NCBI GenBank assembly: GCA_000043285.1
Contig: BX248583.1
Location: 270,001-302,000 of the forward strand
Direction: 5' to 3'
DNA length: 32,000 bases
Source of the DNA: Candidatus Blochmanniella floridana
GTDB taxonomy: Bacteria; Pseudomonadota; Gammaproteobacteria; Enterobacterales; Enterobacteriaceae
The position numbers were made by a program, and so were the translations under genes. This document shows, piece by piece, positions 20,623 through 30,735 of this stretch; the stretch's first letter is position 1, and the number at the start of each line of letters is the position of its first letter. Below the pieces are notes generated by a model that saw only the letters and a program-made list of their open reading frames with translations, was not told the origin of the DNA and did no database searches.

Positions 20623-23600
20623 TTAATTTTTTTTAGAAATAAAATAATCTAATGTTTTTATAAACTCCCAAGATGGACGACAAAAATAAATACCGTTATT
20701 AAATGATAGGCCGTTCATACCTCTTATAAATAAATAATATACTCCTCCGAAATTTTTTTCGTAGGTATATGATTGTATTTTATGCTGTAAAAATCGGTGT
20801 AAAGCAATGGTATATAGTTGATATTGTAGTTCATATCGGTATTGAATCATATTTTTTTCTATCATTGTTTGAGTATAAAAATTATTATTATTTCCTAACC
20901 AATTAGTTTTGTAGTCTAATAAATAATATTTATTTTTCCAATAAAATATTAAATCAATAAATCCGTGTAATATTCCTGTTACTGTTTCAAAATTTAAAAT
21001 TGGAGCACGTAATGATAATGGATCATAATATTTACATAATTTATCTAATTTATGTGGTGTTAAAGTATTTTTAATACACAAACTGAATTTTAATTCAGTT
21101 TGTGTATTTTCAGGAATAATTTTTGATAGAGTTAAATAATCACTATTAATTGGAGTATTAATTATAGTATAAATCCATTTCTGAAGAGGGATTGTCCAGT
21201 TTAAATTAATATTATATCGTTCCATATGTGTTTGCAGTGATCGTGTATTTATAGTTTTGCGAAAATTTAAAAATTTGAAAAGATCGTGGAAAAACATTCC
21301 ACATACTTTTCCTTTAGGAAAAGTATGTGCTGTGAGTAAATTTGATGGAGTTTTTTTATTGTTTATATAATCATCAAAATTAAAATCAAATATATTTTGT
21401 ATATTTAAATATTCTGTACTGGAAGAATCAGTGATAATGTTTTTTTTTAATTCACTGTAACTTGTATAACGCCATATATTATTATAAGTTTTCCATAAAA
21501 TTGGTTTTTGCCATTTTTTCGCATGTAATGATTTTGTTTGATTTGTAATATTGATAGTTTTGGTGCAATTACAGTATAGTTTTGATTTTTTTGAGATTTT
21601 TGAAATAATGCGGAAAGTAATATTTTTATTTGAACTAATGCTTAATTTCTGTAGACATTGTTTTAATTCTTGTGGAGTGTTTGGTTTTTTATTTTGAATT
21701 AAGTATCCTAAAGCGCTATGATGTAAATCAGTAGTATGTAGTGTATTTTTATGTCGAGATTTATAAATGATTGGAGCAATACCTATAGAACAGTGATAAA
21801 TACTACGTGTAATTGCAACATATAATAATCTTAAATCTTCTGACAAACGTTCTAAATCAAAAAAATCTAATGTGGAAGATGATTGCAATAGATTGGCATA
21901 TGGTGTTGATTGTAATATTTTTTGATTATTAGAAAATCTTTTTGTATTTGTATAACATGATATAAATGGTAAGTATGTTATTGGAAATTCTAATCCTTTG
22001 GATTGATGTATAGTACTAATTTTTATTAAATGATGATCATCATTAAATCGTAATTTATGGTGTTCAGCTGATTGATTTTGATTTTGAGGATAATAGATAT
22101 TGTATTCTAACCATTGCATTAATGAATGTTTGGAATGACATTGTTTAGAAAAATCATTTAATAATTCTCCTAAATGTAAAATATTAATCAAACTATTTTT
22201 TTCTGATGGATTAGATAATAATGTTTCTGGAATTTTATAACGAAAGAGTATTTTTTTGATCATGGATAATATATTATTATTTTTCCAAATAAGGTAGTAT
22301 TCAGAAAATTCTTTAAAAATTTGTTCCCATCGGAATGTATTGTTATGGATATTTTCAACGTCTGTTGCATTAAATTTAAAAAAGATAGTTGTGAGCGCCG
22401 TACAAATTGTATCAAGTTTTGGAAACAAAATTGCTCGTATTAATAACAGCAATTCATAAGATTCTATAGTTTCAAAGATATTTCTTCGGCTAGATAAAAA
22501 AGTTGTGGGTATATTTCTTTTTAGTAATTCTGATCGTATCAAAGATGCTTCGGAGTGATTTCGAACTAATATTGCAATATCTGATGTTTGTAGTATTTTT
22601 TTTTTGCATATATTGTTTTCTAACCAAGCTGTTTTATTGTGTATATTATACAATAAATTTTGTAAAACAATAGAGCATTCTTGAGCCATTATTGTTTTAT
22701 AATTATTCATTGTTATGCATTCATGAGAATATAACCAAAAACATAACGGAGATTGTAGTTGATTATGTATTAAGAATTGGTGTTTGTTATTTTTATAGGA
22801 AGGTATCGATGGAATAAAAGAAATATCTTTAAATACAAAAGGATTAGGTACTTGAAATAATTGATTAATAGCATTCACCATACCTGGTGATGATCTCCAG
22901 TTAATATTTAAATAATATTTGTAATGTAATGATTGGCGTATTTGCATATATGTGAATATGTTTGCTCCTCGAAATCCATAAATAGCTTGTTTAGGATCTC
23001 CTATTAAAATTAAACATTTTTTTTGGTCGGTATGAGTATTGTATAAAGTATGAAAAATTTTATATTGATTTTGATCTGTATCTTGAAATTCGTCTATAAT
23101 TGTTACTGGATATTGTTCTAGTATGTTTTTTATTAATTTGTTGTTTTTATTTTTAAATCCATTGTACAATAATAATTTAACAAGATCATCAAAAGTAATT
23201 TGTGATCGTGTATAATGCATATTATATAAATTATGTTGAAAATCATCCATAACCATATGTAATATTAATAATTGAAATGATTCTATTCTGCGATATAACT
23301 GTTCAATTAAGTCAAATAAGAATAATTTCTGGAAATTTTGATTATTTTTGTTTATTATTAATACTGATGATCGAAATTGTTTTAATTCATTAGGTATAGT
23401 ATGATTTGAAGTAGGTTGTATAGACCATTGATTAATTATTTCTATCCATCGATCTAAGTTTTTTTTATTATATTTTTTACGATGATTGGGTTTGTTGTGT
23501 ATATAAATAATCTTTATAAGATCATGTTGTTGTATTTTTGTATTCCATTCTTTTTTAATACTATCAATACAATCAATTATGTTTGCATAATATGTAGAAA

Positions 23601-24249
23601 TATTTTTATGTGATTGATCAATGAATTTAGAGTGTTGGATTGTAGTAAGATCATTATATATGTACGGAATAATATCTTTTAGTAGTTCTTCTGGATTTTT
23701 CCAGAATGTTTGAATAAGTTGTATTATATTTAATGGTAATTTATAGAAATTACGTCTCCAAAAATCAGAACATATTTTTTGATATGGTACAAGTTTATTT
23801 TCTATAATAGTTAAATCAAATAACATATTCAGTTCTATTGTGTTTTCTACTAAAATTTTTTGACAAAATCCATGAATAGTGAAAATTGCTGATTGATTTA
23901 TTTCTTTTTCTGCTATACGTAAAAGATTAATGCTGAGATTAATATCATATATTTGTGATAATAGTTTAGAAAATATAGGATTTGTGCTGTATCCTTGAAT
24001 ACAATCTAATCTAAATTGTCGAATATTTTCTTTAATACGGTTTTTTAAATTATGCACTGCAGTTTTTGTAAAGGTTACTATGAGGATATTTTTAGTTGAT
24101 AGTGGTTTTGAGAAAGCTGTTTGTGTACCTAAATTTAATAATAACCTAAGATATATAATTATTAAATTATATGTTTTTCCAGTTCCTGCCGGTGCTTCAA
24201 TTAATCTAATTCCATGTAAAGGTAAATATAATATATCTAGATTTTGCAT
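20623..24249 (-). CDS. recB: Exodeoxyribonuclease V, beta subunit (helicase-nuclease)
   Basis: 1208 aa. IEAPAGTGKTY (Walker A), IIDEFQDTDQNQY, LIGDPKQAIY.FRGA, TIHQSKGLEF and the C-terminal nuclease motif HGFIDLIFYWKNKYYLLDYKTNWLG (E. coli GFIDLVF....YYLLDYKSNWLG). Confidence 0.95.
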   Translation of the reverse strand: MQNLDILYLPLHGIRLIEAPAGTGKTYNLIIIYLRLLLNLGTQTAFSKPLSTKNILIVTFTKTAVHNLKNRIKENIRQFRLDCIQGYSTNPIFSKLLSQIYDINLSINLLRIAEKEINQSAIFTIHGFCQKILVENTIELNMLFDLTIIENKLVPYQKICSDFWRRNFYKLPLNIIQLIQTFWKNPEELLKDIIPYIYNDLTTIQHSKFIDQSHKNISTYYANIIDCIDSIKKEWNTKIQQHDLIKIIYIHNKPNHRKKYNKKNLDRWIEIINQWSIQPTSNHTIPNELKQFRSSVLIINKNNQNFQKLFLFDLIEQLYRRIESFQLLILHMVMDDFQHNLYNMHYTRSQITFDDLVKLLLYNGFKNKNNKLIKNILEQYPVTIIDEFQDTDQNQYKIFHTLYNTHTDQKKCLILIGDPKQAIYGFRGANIFTYMQIRQSLHYKYYLNINWRSSPGMVNAINQLFQVPNPFVFKDISFIPSIPSYKNNKHQFLIHNQLQSPLCFWLYSHECITMNNYKTIMAQECSIVLQNLLYNIHNKTAWLENNICKKKILQTSDIAILVRNHSEASLIRSELLKRNIPTTFLSSRRNIFETIESYELLLLIRAILFPKLDTICTALTTIFFKFNATDVENIHNNTFRWEQIFKEFSEYYLIWKNNNILSMIKKILFRYKIPETLLSNPSEKNSLINILHLGELLNDFSKQCHSKHSLMQWLEYNIYYPQNQNQSAEHHKLRFNDDHHLIKISTIHQSKGLEFPITYLPFISCYTNTKRFSNNQKILQSTPYANLLQSSSTLDFFDLERLSEDLRLLYVAITRSIYHCSIGIAPIIYKSRHKNTLHTTDLHHSALGYLIQNKKPNTPQELKQCLQKLSISSNKNITFRIISKISKKSKLYCNCTKTINITNQTKSLHAKKWQKPILWKTYNNIWRYTSYSELKKNIITDSSSTEYLNIQNIFDFNFDDYINNKKTPSNLLTAHTFPKGKVCGMFFHDLFKFLNFRKTINTRSLQTHMERYNINLNWTIPLQKWIYTIINTPINSDYLTLSKIIPENTQTELKFSLCIKNTLTPHKLDKLCKYYDPLSLRAPILNFETVTGILHGFIDLIFYWKNKYYLLDYKTNWLGNNNNFYTQTMIEKNMIQYRYELQYQLYTIALHRFLQHKIQSYTYEKNFGGVYYLFIRGMNGLSFNNGIYFCRPSWEFIKTLDYFISKKN

Positions 24250-24366
24250 AATACATTATATATTAATTATTTTATTGCAATTTATATAAGTTAGATATGT
24301 TAATAAGTTATTATTATAAATAAATACATAACTTATTTATAAAATTTTATATTGTAAGTTGTAATA

Positions 24367-25209
24367 TTAATTACAGTATTCGCGTAATAGATTATTTATT
24401 TGAATTTTATTTTTTGTTCGGGAATCTACTGTTTTTACTATTATTGCGCAATATGTACTACTTTTGCCGTCTTCCGATGGTAAACTACCAGGAATAACTA
24501 CTGATCCTGACGGAACATATCCGTAATGAACATGTCCAGTGCTTCTATTGTATATTTTAGTACTTTGACTAATAAACACTCCCATTGCAAGTACAGAATT
24601 CTCTTCAATAATTACTCCTTCTGCTATTTCAGATCTAGCTCCAATAAAACAATTGTCTTCAATAATGGTTGGATTAGCCTGAATAGGTTCTAAAACTCCT
24701 CCAATACCAACCCCACCTGATATATGTGTATTTTTACCTATATGAGCACAGGATCCTATCGTTGCCCAGGTGTCAATCATAGTTCCTGTGTCAATATAAG
24801 CTCCTATGTTGACATAAGACGGCATAATTACTGTATTGTTTGCTATGTATGCTCCATATCGTACAGTAGCTGGTGGAATTATACGTATCTTACGATTTTT
24901 AAAATATTCTTCGCTTTTGTTTTCAAATTTAGTAGGACATTTGTCAAAAAATCGAGCATTACCCCAAGTCATTAATTTATTGTTTGTGATTGTAAAAAAA
25001 AGAATAATTGCTTTTTTTATCCATTGATGAGTAATCCATTTATTATTGATTTTTTCAGAAACACGTAATATTCCGTTATTCAGATTATCAATAACCTCTT
25101 GTACTGTATTACGTAAATTAAGATCTATGTTATTTTTTGATATATTCTGTTGTTTAATAAAATAATGTTCAATAATTTTTTGTAATTTTTGTATATTGTT
25201 TTCGTTCAT
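24367..25209 (-). CDS. dapD: 2,3,4,5-tetrahydropyridine-2,6-dicarboxylate N-succinyltransferase
   Basis: 280 aa. [66 protein letters not shown] is nearly identical to E. coli DapD. Confidence 0.96.
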   Translation of the reverse strand: MNENNIQKLQKIIEHYFIKQQNISKNNIDLNLRNTVQEVIDNLNNGILRVSEKINNKWITHQWIKKAIILFFTITNNKLMTWGNARFFDKCPTKFENKSEEYFKNRKIRIIPPATVRYGAYIANNTVIMPSYVNIGAYIDTGTMIDTWATIGSCAHIGKNTHISGGVGIGGVLEPIQANPTIIEDNCFIGARSEIAEGVIIEENSVLAMGVFISQSTKIYNRSTGHVHYGYVPSGSVVIPGSLPSEDGKSSTYCAIIVKTVDSRTKNKIQINNLLREYCN

Positions 25210-25221
25210 GATTAATGTGTA

Positions 25222-26016
25222 TTAATTTTTGTAATTCAAATAATATGGCAAAGTTTCGTTGGTACGTTTTGTTAGGATTTCATATCCTATATCAGTGACC
25301 AAAATAGTGTGTTCATATTGAGCAGACAATTGATGATCTTTTGTTTTAACTGTCCAACCATCTTTTTCTGTATAAACATAACGACTACCTGCATTAATCA
25401 TAGGTTCAATCGTTAATGTCATACCAGATTTTAATATCACTCCTCCGTCATCAGCATCATAGTTGAGAACATGAGGAGCTTCATGAAACCATTTTCCAAT
25501 ACCGTGACCGCAATATTCTCTAACTATTGTGAATTTTTTTTCGTGGATAAAATTTTGAATGCTTTGGCCTATTTTTTTTAATCTAATACCTGGTCGTATT
25601 ACATGTATTGCTTGATATAGACTATCTTGAGTTATCTGACATAGTAGATTAGCTAATTTAGTTGGTTTTCCTACGATAAACATTTTTGAAGTATCTGCAT
25701 GAAATCCATTTTTAAGTATAGTCACATCTATATTAATAATATCTCCGTCTTTTAGTATATGTTTTGGATTAGGTATTCCATGGCATACCACTTCATTAAT
25801 AGAAGTGCAAATAGATTTAGGAAATCCATTATAACCTAATGGGGCAGCAATAGCATGTTGTATTTGTGTAATATGATGATGACAAATTTTATTTATTTGT
25901 TCTGTGTTTATTCCAGGATAAATATATGGTTCTATTATTTCTAAAACTTCTGCTGCTAGTCGTCCAGAAACTCGCATTTTTTCTATATCTTCAAGGGTTT
26001 TAATAGTGATATTCAT
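25222..26016 (-). CDS. map: Methionine aminopeptidase, type I
   Basis: 264 aa. GYNGFPKS.CTS.NEVVCHGIP, D..NIDVT, REYCGHGIG..FHE.P.V and LTIEPM..AG are typical of MAP type I. Divergent from rpsB, as in E. coli. Confidence 0.95.
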   Translation of the reverse strand: MNITIKTLEDIEKMRVSGRLAAEVLEIIEPYIYPGINTEQINKICHHHITQIQHAIAAPLGYNGFPKSICTSINEVVCHGIPNPKHILKDGDIINIDVTILKNGFHADTSKMFIVGKPTKLANLLCQITQDSLYQAIHVIRPGIRLKKIGQSIQNFIHEKKFTIVREYCGHGIGKWFHEAPHVLNYDADDGGVILKSGMTLTIEPMINAGSRYVYTEKDGWTVKTKDHQLSAQYEHTILVTDIGYEILTKRTNETLPYYLNYKN

Positions 26017-26282
26017 ACTTTATATGTATTATAATAATTGAATTATTCAATGATAAATTGATTTAATTTAAATAAATTTATTTTGTATAAATAAATGATC
26101 TTATATTATTACATGAATAATTTTGATATCTTTATTTAATAAGTGTAATTTTTATTTATAATATATTATCTCAAATTTATTGTCATTAGTACAGCATAAT
26201 ATAGTAACGGTATCTATATATAAAATTACGGTTCATATTGTATAAAAAATATTTATGATCAAACATCAGAGGACAGTATATA

Positions 26283-26978
26283 ATGAAAAAGCTTTCTATG
26301 CGTGAAATGTTACAAGCTGGGGTTCATTTTGGGCATCAAACTCGTTATTGGAATCCTAAAATGAAACCTTTTATTTTTGGAATTAGAAACAAAATACATA
26401 TTATTAATTTGGATAAAACTATTGTAATGTTTAGTAATGCATTAGTCGAATTAAAAAAAATTGCTTTAGCAAAGGGCAAAATTTTATTTGTAGGAACAAA
26501 ACGTGCAACTCGAGAGTCAATAAAGAGTACTGCGCTTATTTGTGGGCAATTTTTTGTTAATTATCGCTGGTTAGGGGGAATGTTAACAAATTGGAAAACT
26601 GTGCGCCAATCTATAAAACGTTTGAAGGATTTAGAAAATCAATCTCAAGATGGGACTTTTGATAAATTAACGAAAAAAGAAGTTTTAATTTTGAATCGTG
26701 AATTAATAAGTTTAGAAAATAGTTTAGGAGGTATTAAAAATATGGGAGGTTTACCGGATGCACTTTTTACAGCAGGGGCGGAACAAGAGCATATTGCTAT
26801 AAAAGAGGCAAATAGCTTAGGCATTCCGGTTTTTTCAATTGTTGATACTAATTCTGATCCAGATGGAATAGATTTTATTATTCCAGGAAATGATGATGCT
26901 ATTCGAGCTATAAATTTATATTTAAATATAGTATCTAATGTTATATGTTCAGATGAATTAAATAAAGAAACACATTGA
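26283..26978 (+). CDS. rpsB: 30S ribosomal protein S2
   Basis: 231 aa. [34 protein letters not shown] and [12 protein letters not shown] match S2. GAGGA lies 9 nt upstream of the ATG. Confidence 0.97.
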   Translation: MKKLSMREMLQAGVHFGHQTRYWNPKMKPFIFGIRNKIHIINLDKTIVMFSNALVELKKIALAKGKILFVGTKRATRESIKSTALICGQFFVNYRWLGGMLTNWKTVRQSIKRLKDLENQSQDGTFDKLTKKEVLILNRELISLENSLGGIKNMGGLPDALFTAGAEQEHIAIKEANSLGIPVFSIVDTNSDPDGIDFIIPGNDDAIRAINLYLNIVSNVICSDELNKETH

Positions 26979-27057
26979 TACTATTATATTGTTAGATAAT
27001 TGTATGAATTGAATACATTATATATTATAAATGTCATATTATTATAGGAATAAAAAC

Positions 27058-27867
27058 ATGATTGATCATGTAAACAGCGATTTGATTAGAGAATTACGTA
27101 AACGTACTAGTGTTAGTATCATTAAATGTAAACAAGCATTAATTGATTCTAATGGAGATATTGAATTAGCTATTGACAATATGAGAAAATCAGGATTACA
27201 AACAGATTTCATTCAATCTAATAGATTGACTCCATCAGGATTAATTGCAATAAAAATTGAACCTAATAAACAAAAAGGTTTAATGATTGAAATAAATTGT
27301 GAGACTGATTTTGTATCTAGAAATAGTATGTTTCGGGAGTTTATTAATACTGTTATGGTTACTGCATTAAATGAATCTATTAATAATATTAATGCCTTAA
27401 AAACTAGATTTGAAGAGCAACGTTTGTTTTTAATGAATAAAATTGGAGAAAATATAAAAATTCGTAGGTTTTTTGTATTAATTGGAAATTTTTTAAGCTC
27501 TTATATACATAGATCCAGAATTGGGGTATTAGTATCAGCGTCTGGTAAGATTAATGAAGATATAATTAAGCATGTTGCTATGCATATTGCAGCTCGAAAT
27601 CCGAAGTATGTCGGTGTAAGTAATATTTCTGAAGATATTATGATTCGTGAACGTCATATACAAATGGATATAGCTAAGAAGTTTAAAAAGGACCCTGAGA
27701 TTTTGGAAAAAATTGTTGAAGGTCGCATGGAAAAATTTATGAGTGAAATTGTATTGGAAAAACAAGATTTTGTTATGGATATCAATAGAACTGTGGGAAG
27801 TATATTAGATGAATATTGTATTAAAATTAATAATTTTGTTAGGTTTGAAATAGGAGATAATAATTAA
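27058..27867 (+). CDS. tsf: Elongation factor Ts
   Basis: The ORF track starts at 27031. I prefer the in-frame ATG at 27058 ([17 protein letters not shown], compare E. coli MAEITASLVKELRERT), which has AGGAA 7 nt upstream. Conserved [28 protein letters not shown] and VEGRM.KF. Confidence 0.93.
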
Positions 27868-27997
27868 TGTATATTAATAATAGATTACAAGGTATATTCA
27901 TCATTATATTCAGTATTCGTGGTAGAAATAAATTATAAAATTTATTGCTGAATTAGCATGTTAGTATATTTTGTTATTTTTATAAGGAATATAATGG

Positions 27998-28732
27998 ATG
28001 ATGGAGTATAAGATAAATCCAATTTATCGCCGTATTATGCTTAAAATAAGTGGAGAAGCTTTACAAGGTACTGAGAATTTTGGAGTAGATTCTAGTATAT
28101 TAGATCGAATGGTTTTAGAAATCAAAGAATTAGTAAATATAGGTGTTCAAATCGGTATGATTATAGGAGGAGGAAATTTATTTCGAGGATCTAGATTAGT
28201 ACAATTTGGTATGAATAAAGTTATTGGGGACCATATTGGTATGTTGGCAACCATTATGAATGGATTGGTTATGCATAATGCTTTGCATCGAGTATATGTA
28301 GATTCTAGCGTAATGTCTGCTATTCCATTACAAGGAGTATGTGATAATTATAATTGGATGAGAGCTATTGATTTATTATCTAATAATAAAGTAGTAATTT
28401 TTGGAGCAGGTACTGGAAATCCTTTTTTTACCACTGATTCTGCTGCTTGTTTAAGAGGTATTGAAATTTCAGCAAATGCAGTATTTAAGGCTACTAAGGT
28501 TGATGGTGTATTTGCTCATGATCCTATTCAATATCCTAATCATAATATTGCGTTATATGAACAGTTAAGTTATCAAGATGTGTTACAACGTGAGTTAAAG
28601 GTAATGGATTTGACAGCATTTGCTTTAGCTAGAGATCATAATCTTCCTATACATATATTTAATATTAATAAAGTAGGTGCATTAAAAAGAATCATTATGG
28701 GATATAGAGAAGGAACTGTGATTACTAAATAG
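27998..28732 (+). CDS. pyrH: UMP kinase
   Basis: 244 aa. [56 protein letters not shown] and KATKVDGVF are collinear with E. coli PyrH. Confidence 0.96.
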   Translation: MMEYKINPIYRRIMLKISGEALQGTENFGVDSSILDRMVLEIKELVNIGVQIGMIIGGGNLFRGSRLVQFGMNKVIGDHIGMLATIMNGLVMHNALHRVYVDSSVMSAIPLQGVCDNYNWMRAIDLLSNNKVVIFGAGTGNPFFTTDSAACLRGIEISANAVFKATKVDGVFAHDPIQYPNHNIALYEQLSYQDVLQRELKVMDLTAFALARDHNLPIHIFNINKVGALKRIIMGYREGTVITK

Positions 28733-28799
28733 TTTTTGTATTTTTAAAATTTAAAGATATTATTCAGATTTAGTATTAATATTTCGTGGGGTATGCAAT

Positions 28800-29366
28800 A
28801 TGAGTGATATAATTGATGATTTTCAAAAGGATGTGACGATAAATATGCAGAAATGTATTGATAATTTTAAAATTAATATCAATAAAATTCATGTAGGTCG
28901 GATTTCACCAGATATTTTGAGTTTTATTAAGATTGAATATTATGGTGTTATCACTCCTTTATGTCAACTGACAAATACTGTAGTAGAGCAACCACGCACT
29001 TTAATAATTACTGTATTTGATTCTAGTATGATTAAGTTTATAGAAAAAGCTATTTTAGAATCTAATTTAGGATGTACTCCTGTGTCTACTGGAAATACTA
29101 TTCGAGTAACATTTCCTACATTGACTGAATCTCGACGTTATTCTTTAATTAAAATGGTTCGATCAGAATCAGAGAAAAGTAAAGTTTTAATCAGAAACAT
29201 ACGTCGTGTTTCTAATGATAAGTTAAAAACTTTTCTTAGAAATAAAGAAATTAATAAGGATAATGAGCATTATTTTCAAAATGAAATTCAAAACTTAACT
29301 GATATATGGATTAAAAAAATTATTTTAATTACAAAAGAAAAAGAGTTAGAATTAATGAAATTTTAA
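28800..29366 (+). CDS. frr: Ribosome recycling factor
   Basis: 188 aa. GR.SP..L....EYYG..TPL.QL, TEE/SRR, NIRR..NDK.K and a C-terminal ELELMKF (E. coli EAELMQF). Confidence 0.95.
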   Translation: MSDIIDDFQKDVTINMQKCIDNFKININKIHVGRISPDILSFIKIEYYGVITPLCQLTNTVVEQPRTLIITVFDSSMIKFIEKAILESNLGCTPVSTGNTIRVTFPTLTESRRYSLIKMVRSESEKSKVLIRNIRRVSNDKLKTFLRNKEINKDNEHYFQNEIQNLTDIWIKKIILITKEKELELMKF

Positions 29367-29437
29367 ATATGAGTGAAATGTGTAAAATTTATTGTATAAA
29401 TTTTATTATTATTATAATTATTGTTATTATAACAGTT

Positions 29438-30661
29438 TATGCAATATCTAACCATTTTAGGTAGTATTGGATCTGTAGGCGATCAATGATTTCTGGGGCA
29501 CAACAATATCGTGATAAGTTTGCTGTACGCGCTCTAGTGGCTCATAACGATGTTGCTGTTATGATTGAACAATGTTTTCTGGTATCTCCTCAATATGTGT
29601 GTATGATTTGTGAAGAAGTAGCTCGAAACTTAAAATATAAATTAGTTTTAATGGATAAAAATAATATTCAAGTATTGTCTGGAATGAAGGATGCATGTGT
29701 TTTATCAGCTCTAGATGCTGTAGATATGGTTGTATCAACGATGGCAGGAATTGCTAGATTGCAACCAATTTTTTCTGCGATTCGAGTGGGTAAAAAAATT
29801 TTATTGGCAAATAAAGAAACTTTAGTTTTAAGTGGGCAATTATTTATGACAGAAGTTTATAAGTATAATGCGAGTGTGTTGCCATTAGATAGTGAATATA
29901 ATGCAATTTTTCAAAATTTATCTGTAATATATCAAAAGAAATTAGGTCAAGTGTCGTTATCTCAGTATGGTATTTGTTGTATTGTCTTAACAGATTCTGG
30001 AGGAGTATTGTATAAAATTACTAGAACAAAATTATTTAAAATTACTCCAGTCCAAGTTTACATACATCCTAATTGGTCTATGGGTCTAAAAATTTCAGTA
30101 AATTCTGCAACTGTGATGAATAGAGTATTAGAATATATAGAAGCACATCATTTATTTAATGTTAGTTCAAATGAAATAGAGATCTTGTTACATACTCAAA
30201 CTATTATTTATGCTACGATACGTTACAGTGATGGTAGTGTGTTAGCGCATTTTTCTACTCCTGATATGAAGATTTTTATTGCTTATGCTATGGCTTATCT
30301 TAATAAAATTAAACTAAATAATATATCTACGTATAGTAAACAATATGAAATATATAACACATATTGTGGTAATAATACATTGAATTTAGATATATTGGAT
30401 ACGAAAAATTATCCTTGTTTACAAACGGCAATTGATGCAAGTAATCATAGTCAGGATTCTGTAATTGTTTTGAATGCTGATAATGAAGTTACGGTAGAAG
30501 CATTTTTATGTGAAATGATTGCTTTTATTAAAATTCCGAATTTTATTTATCGTATAATGAATACATTAAATCATTTTCAAGAACCTAGTACTATCGATGA
30601 TATTATATATATTGATCATTGTATTAAAGAAACAGAAATTCGTTACGCAATAGGCAATTGA
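29438..30661 (+). CDS. dxr: 1-deoxy-D-xylulose-5-phosphate reductoisomerase, interrupted at codon 17 (possible pseudogene, assembly error or recoding; see findings)
   Basis: ATG 29438 encodes MQYLTILGSIGSVGDQ (E. coli MKQLTILGSTGSIGCS, the NADPH-binding loop) and is followed by TGA at 29486-29488. The body (ORF-track entry 29486..30661) carries LLANKE, PLDSE.NAIFQ, HPNWSMG.KISV.SATVMN..LEYIEA and LNA.NE. No single open frame joins the two parts. Confidence 0.8.
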
Positions 30662-30735
30662 TAATATGGATGTTATAAGTATGTATATTTTTTGAGTAGC
30701 CGGCAGTCAGCATTGATATTGGAAAATCCATAAAT

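Noticed and set aside
29486-29488. The in-frame TGA in dxr might mean UGA is reassigned to Trp (genetic code 4), as in some extremely reduced symbionts.
   Set aside because: prfB (RF2, the UGA-specific release factor) is intact and keeps its UGA-based autoregulatory frameshift. TGA also terminates pgk, rpsB and dxr itself at positions matching the homologues' C-termini, and Trp is encoded by TGG throughout (for example AWEWG and HPNWSMG). UGA is therefore a stop codon here.
30691-30715. A locally G+C-rich island (gagtagccggcagtcagc) in the dxr-uppS spacer, considered as a possible tRNA fragment, hairpin or protein-binding site.
   Set aside because: It is too short for an RNA gene, and I could find no stable inverted repeat beyond the 6-bp GCCGGC. 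It lies in frame just upstream of the uppS GTG and may simply be relic or alternative 5' coding sequence.
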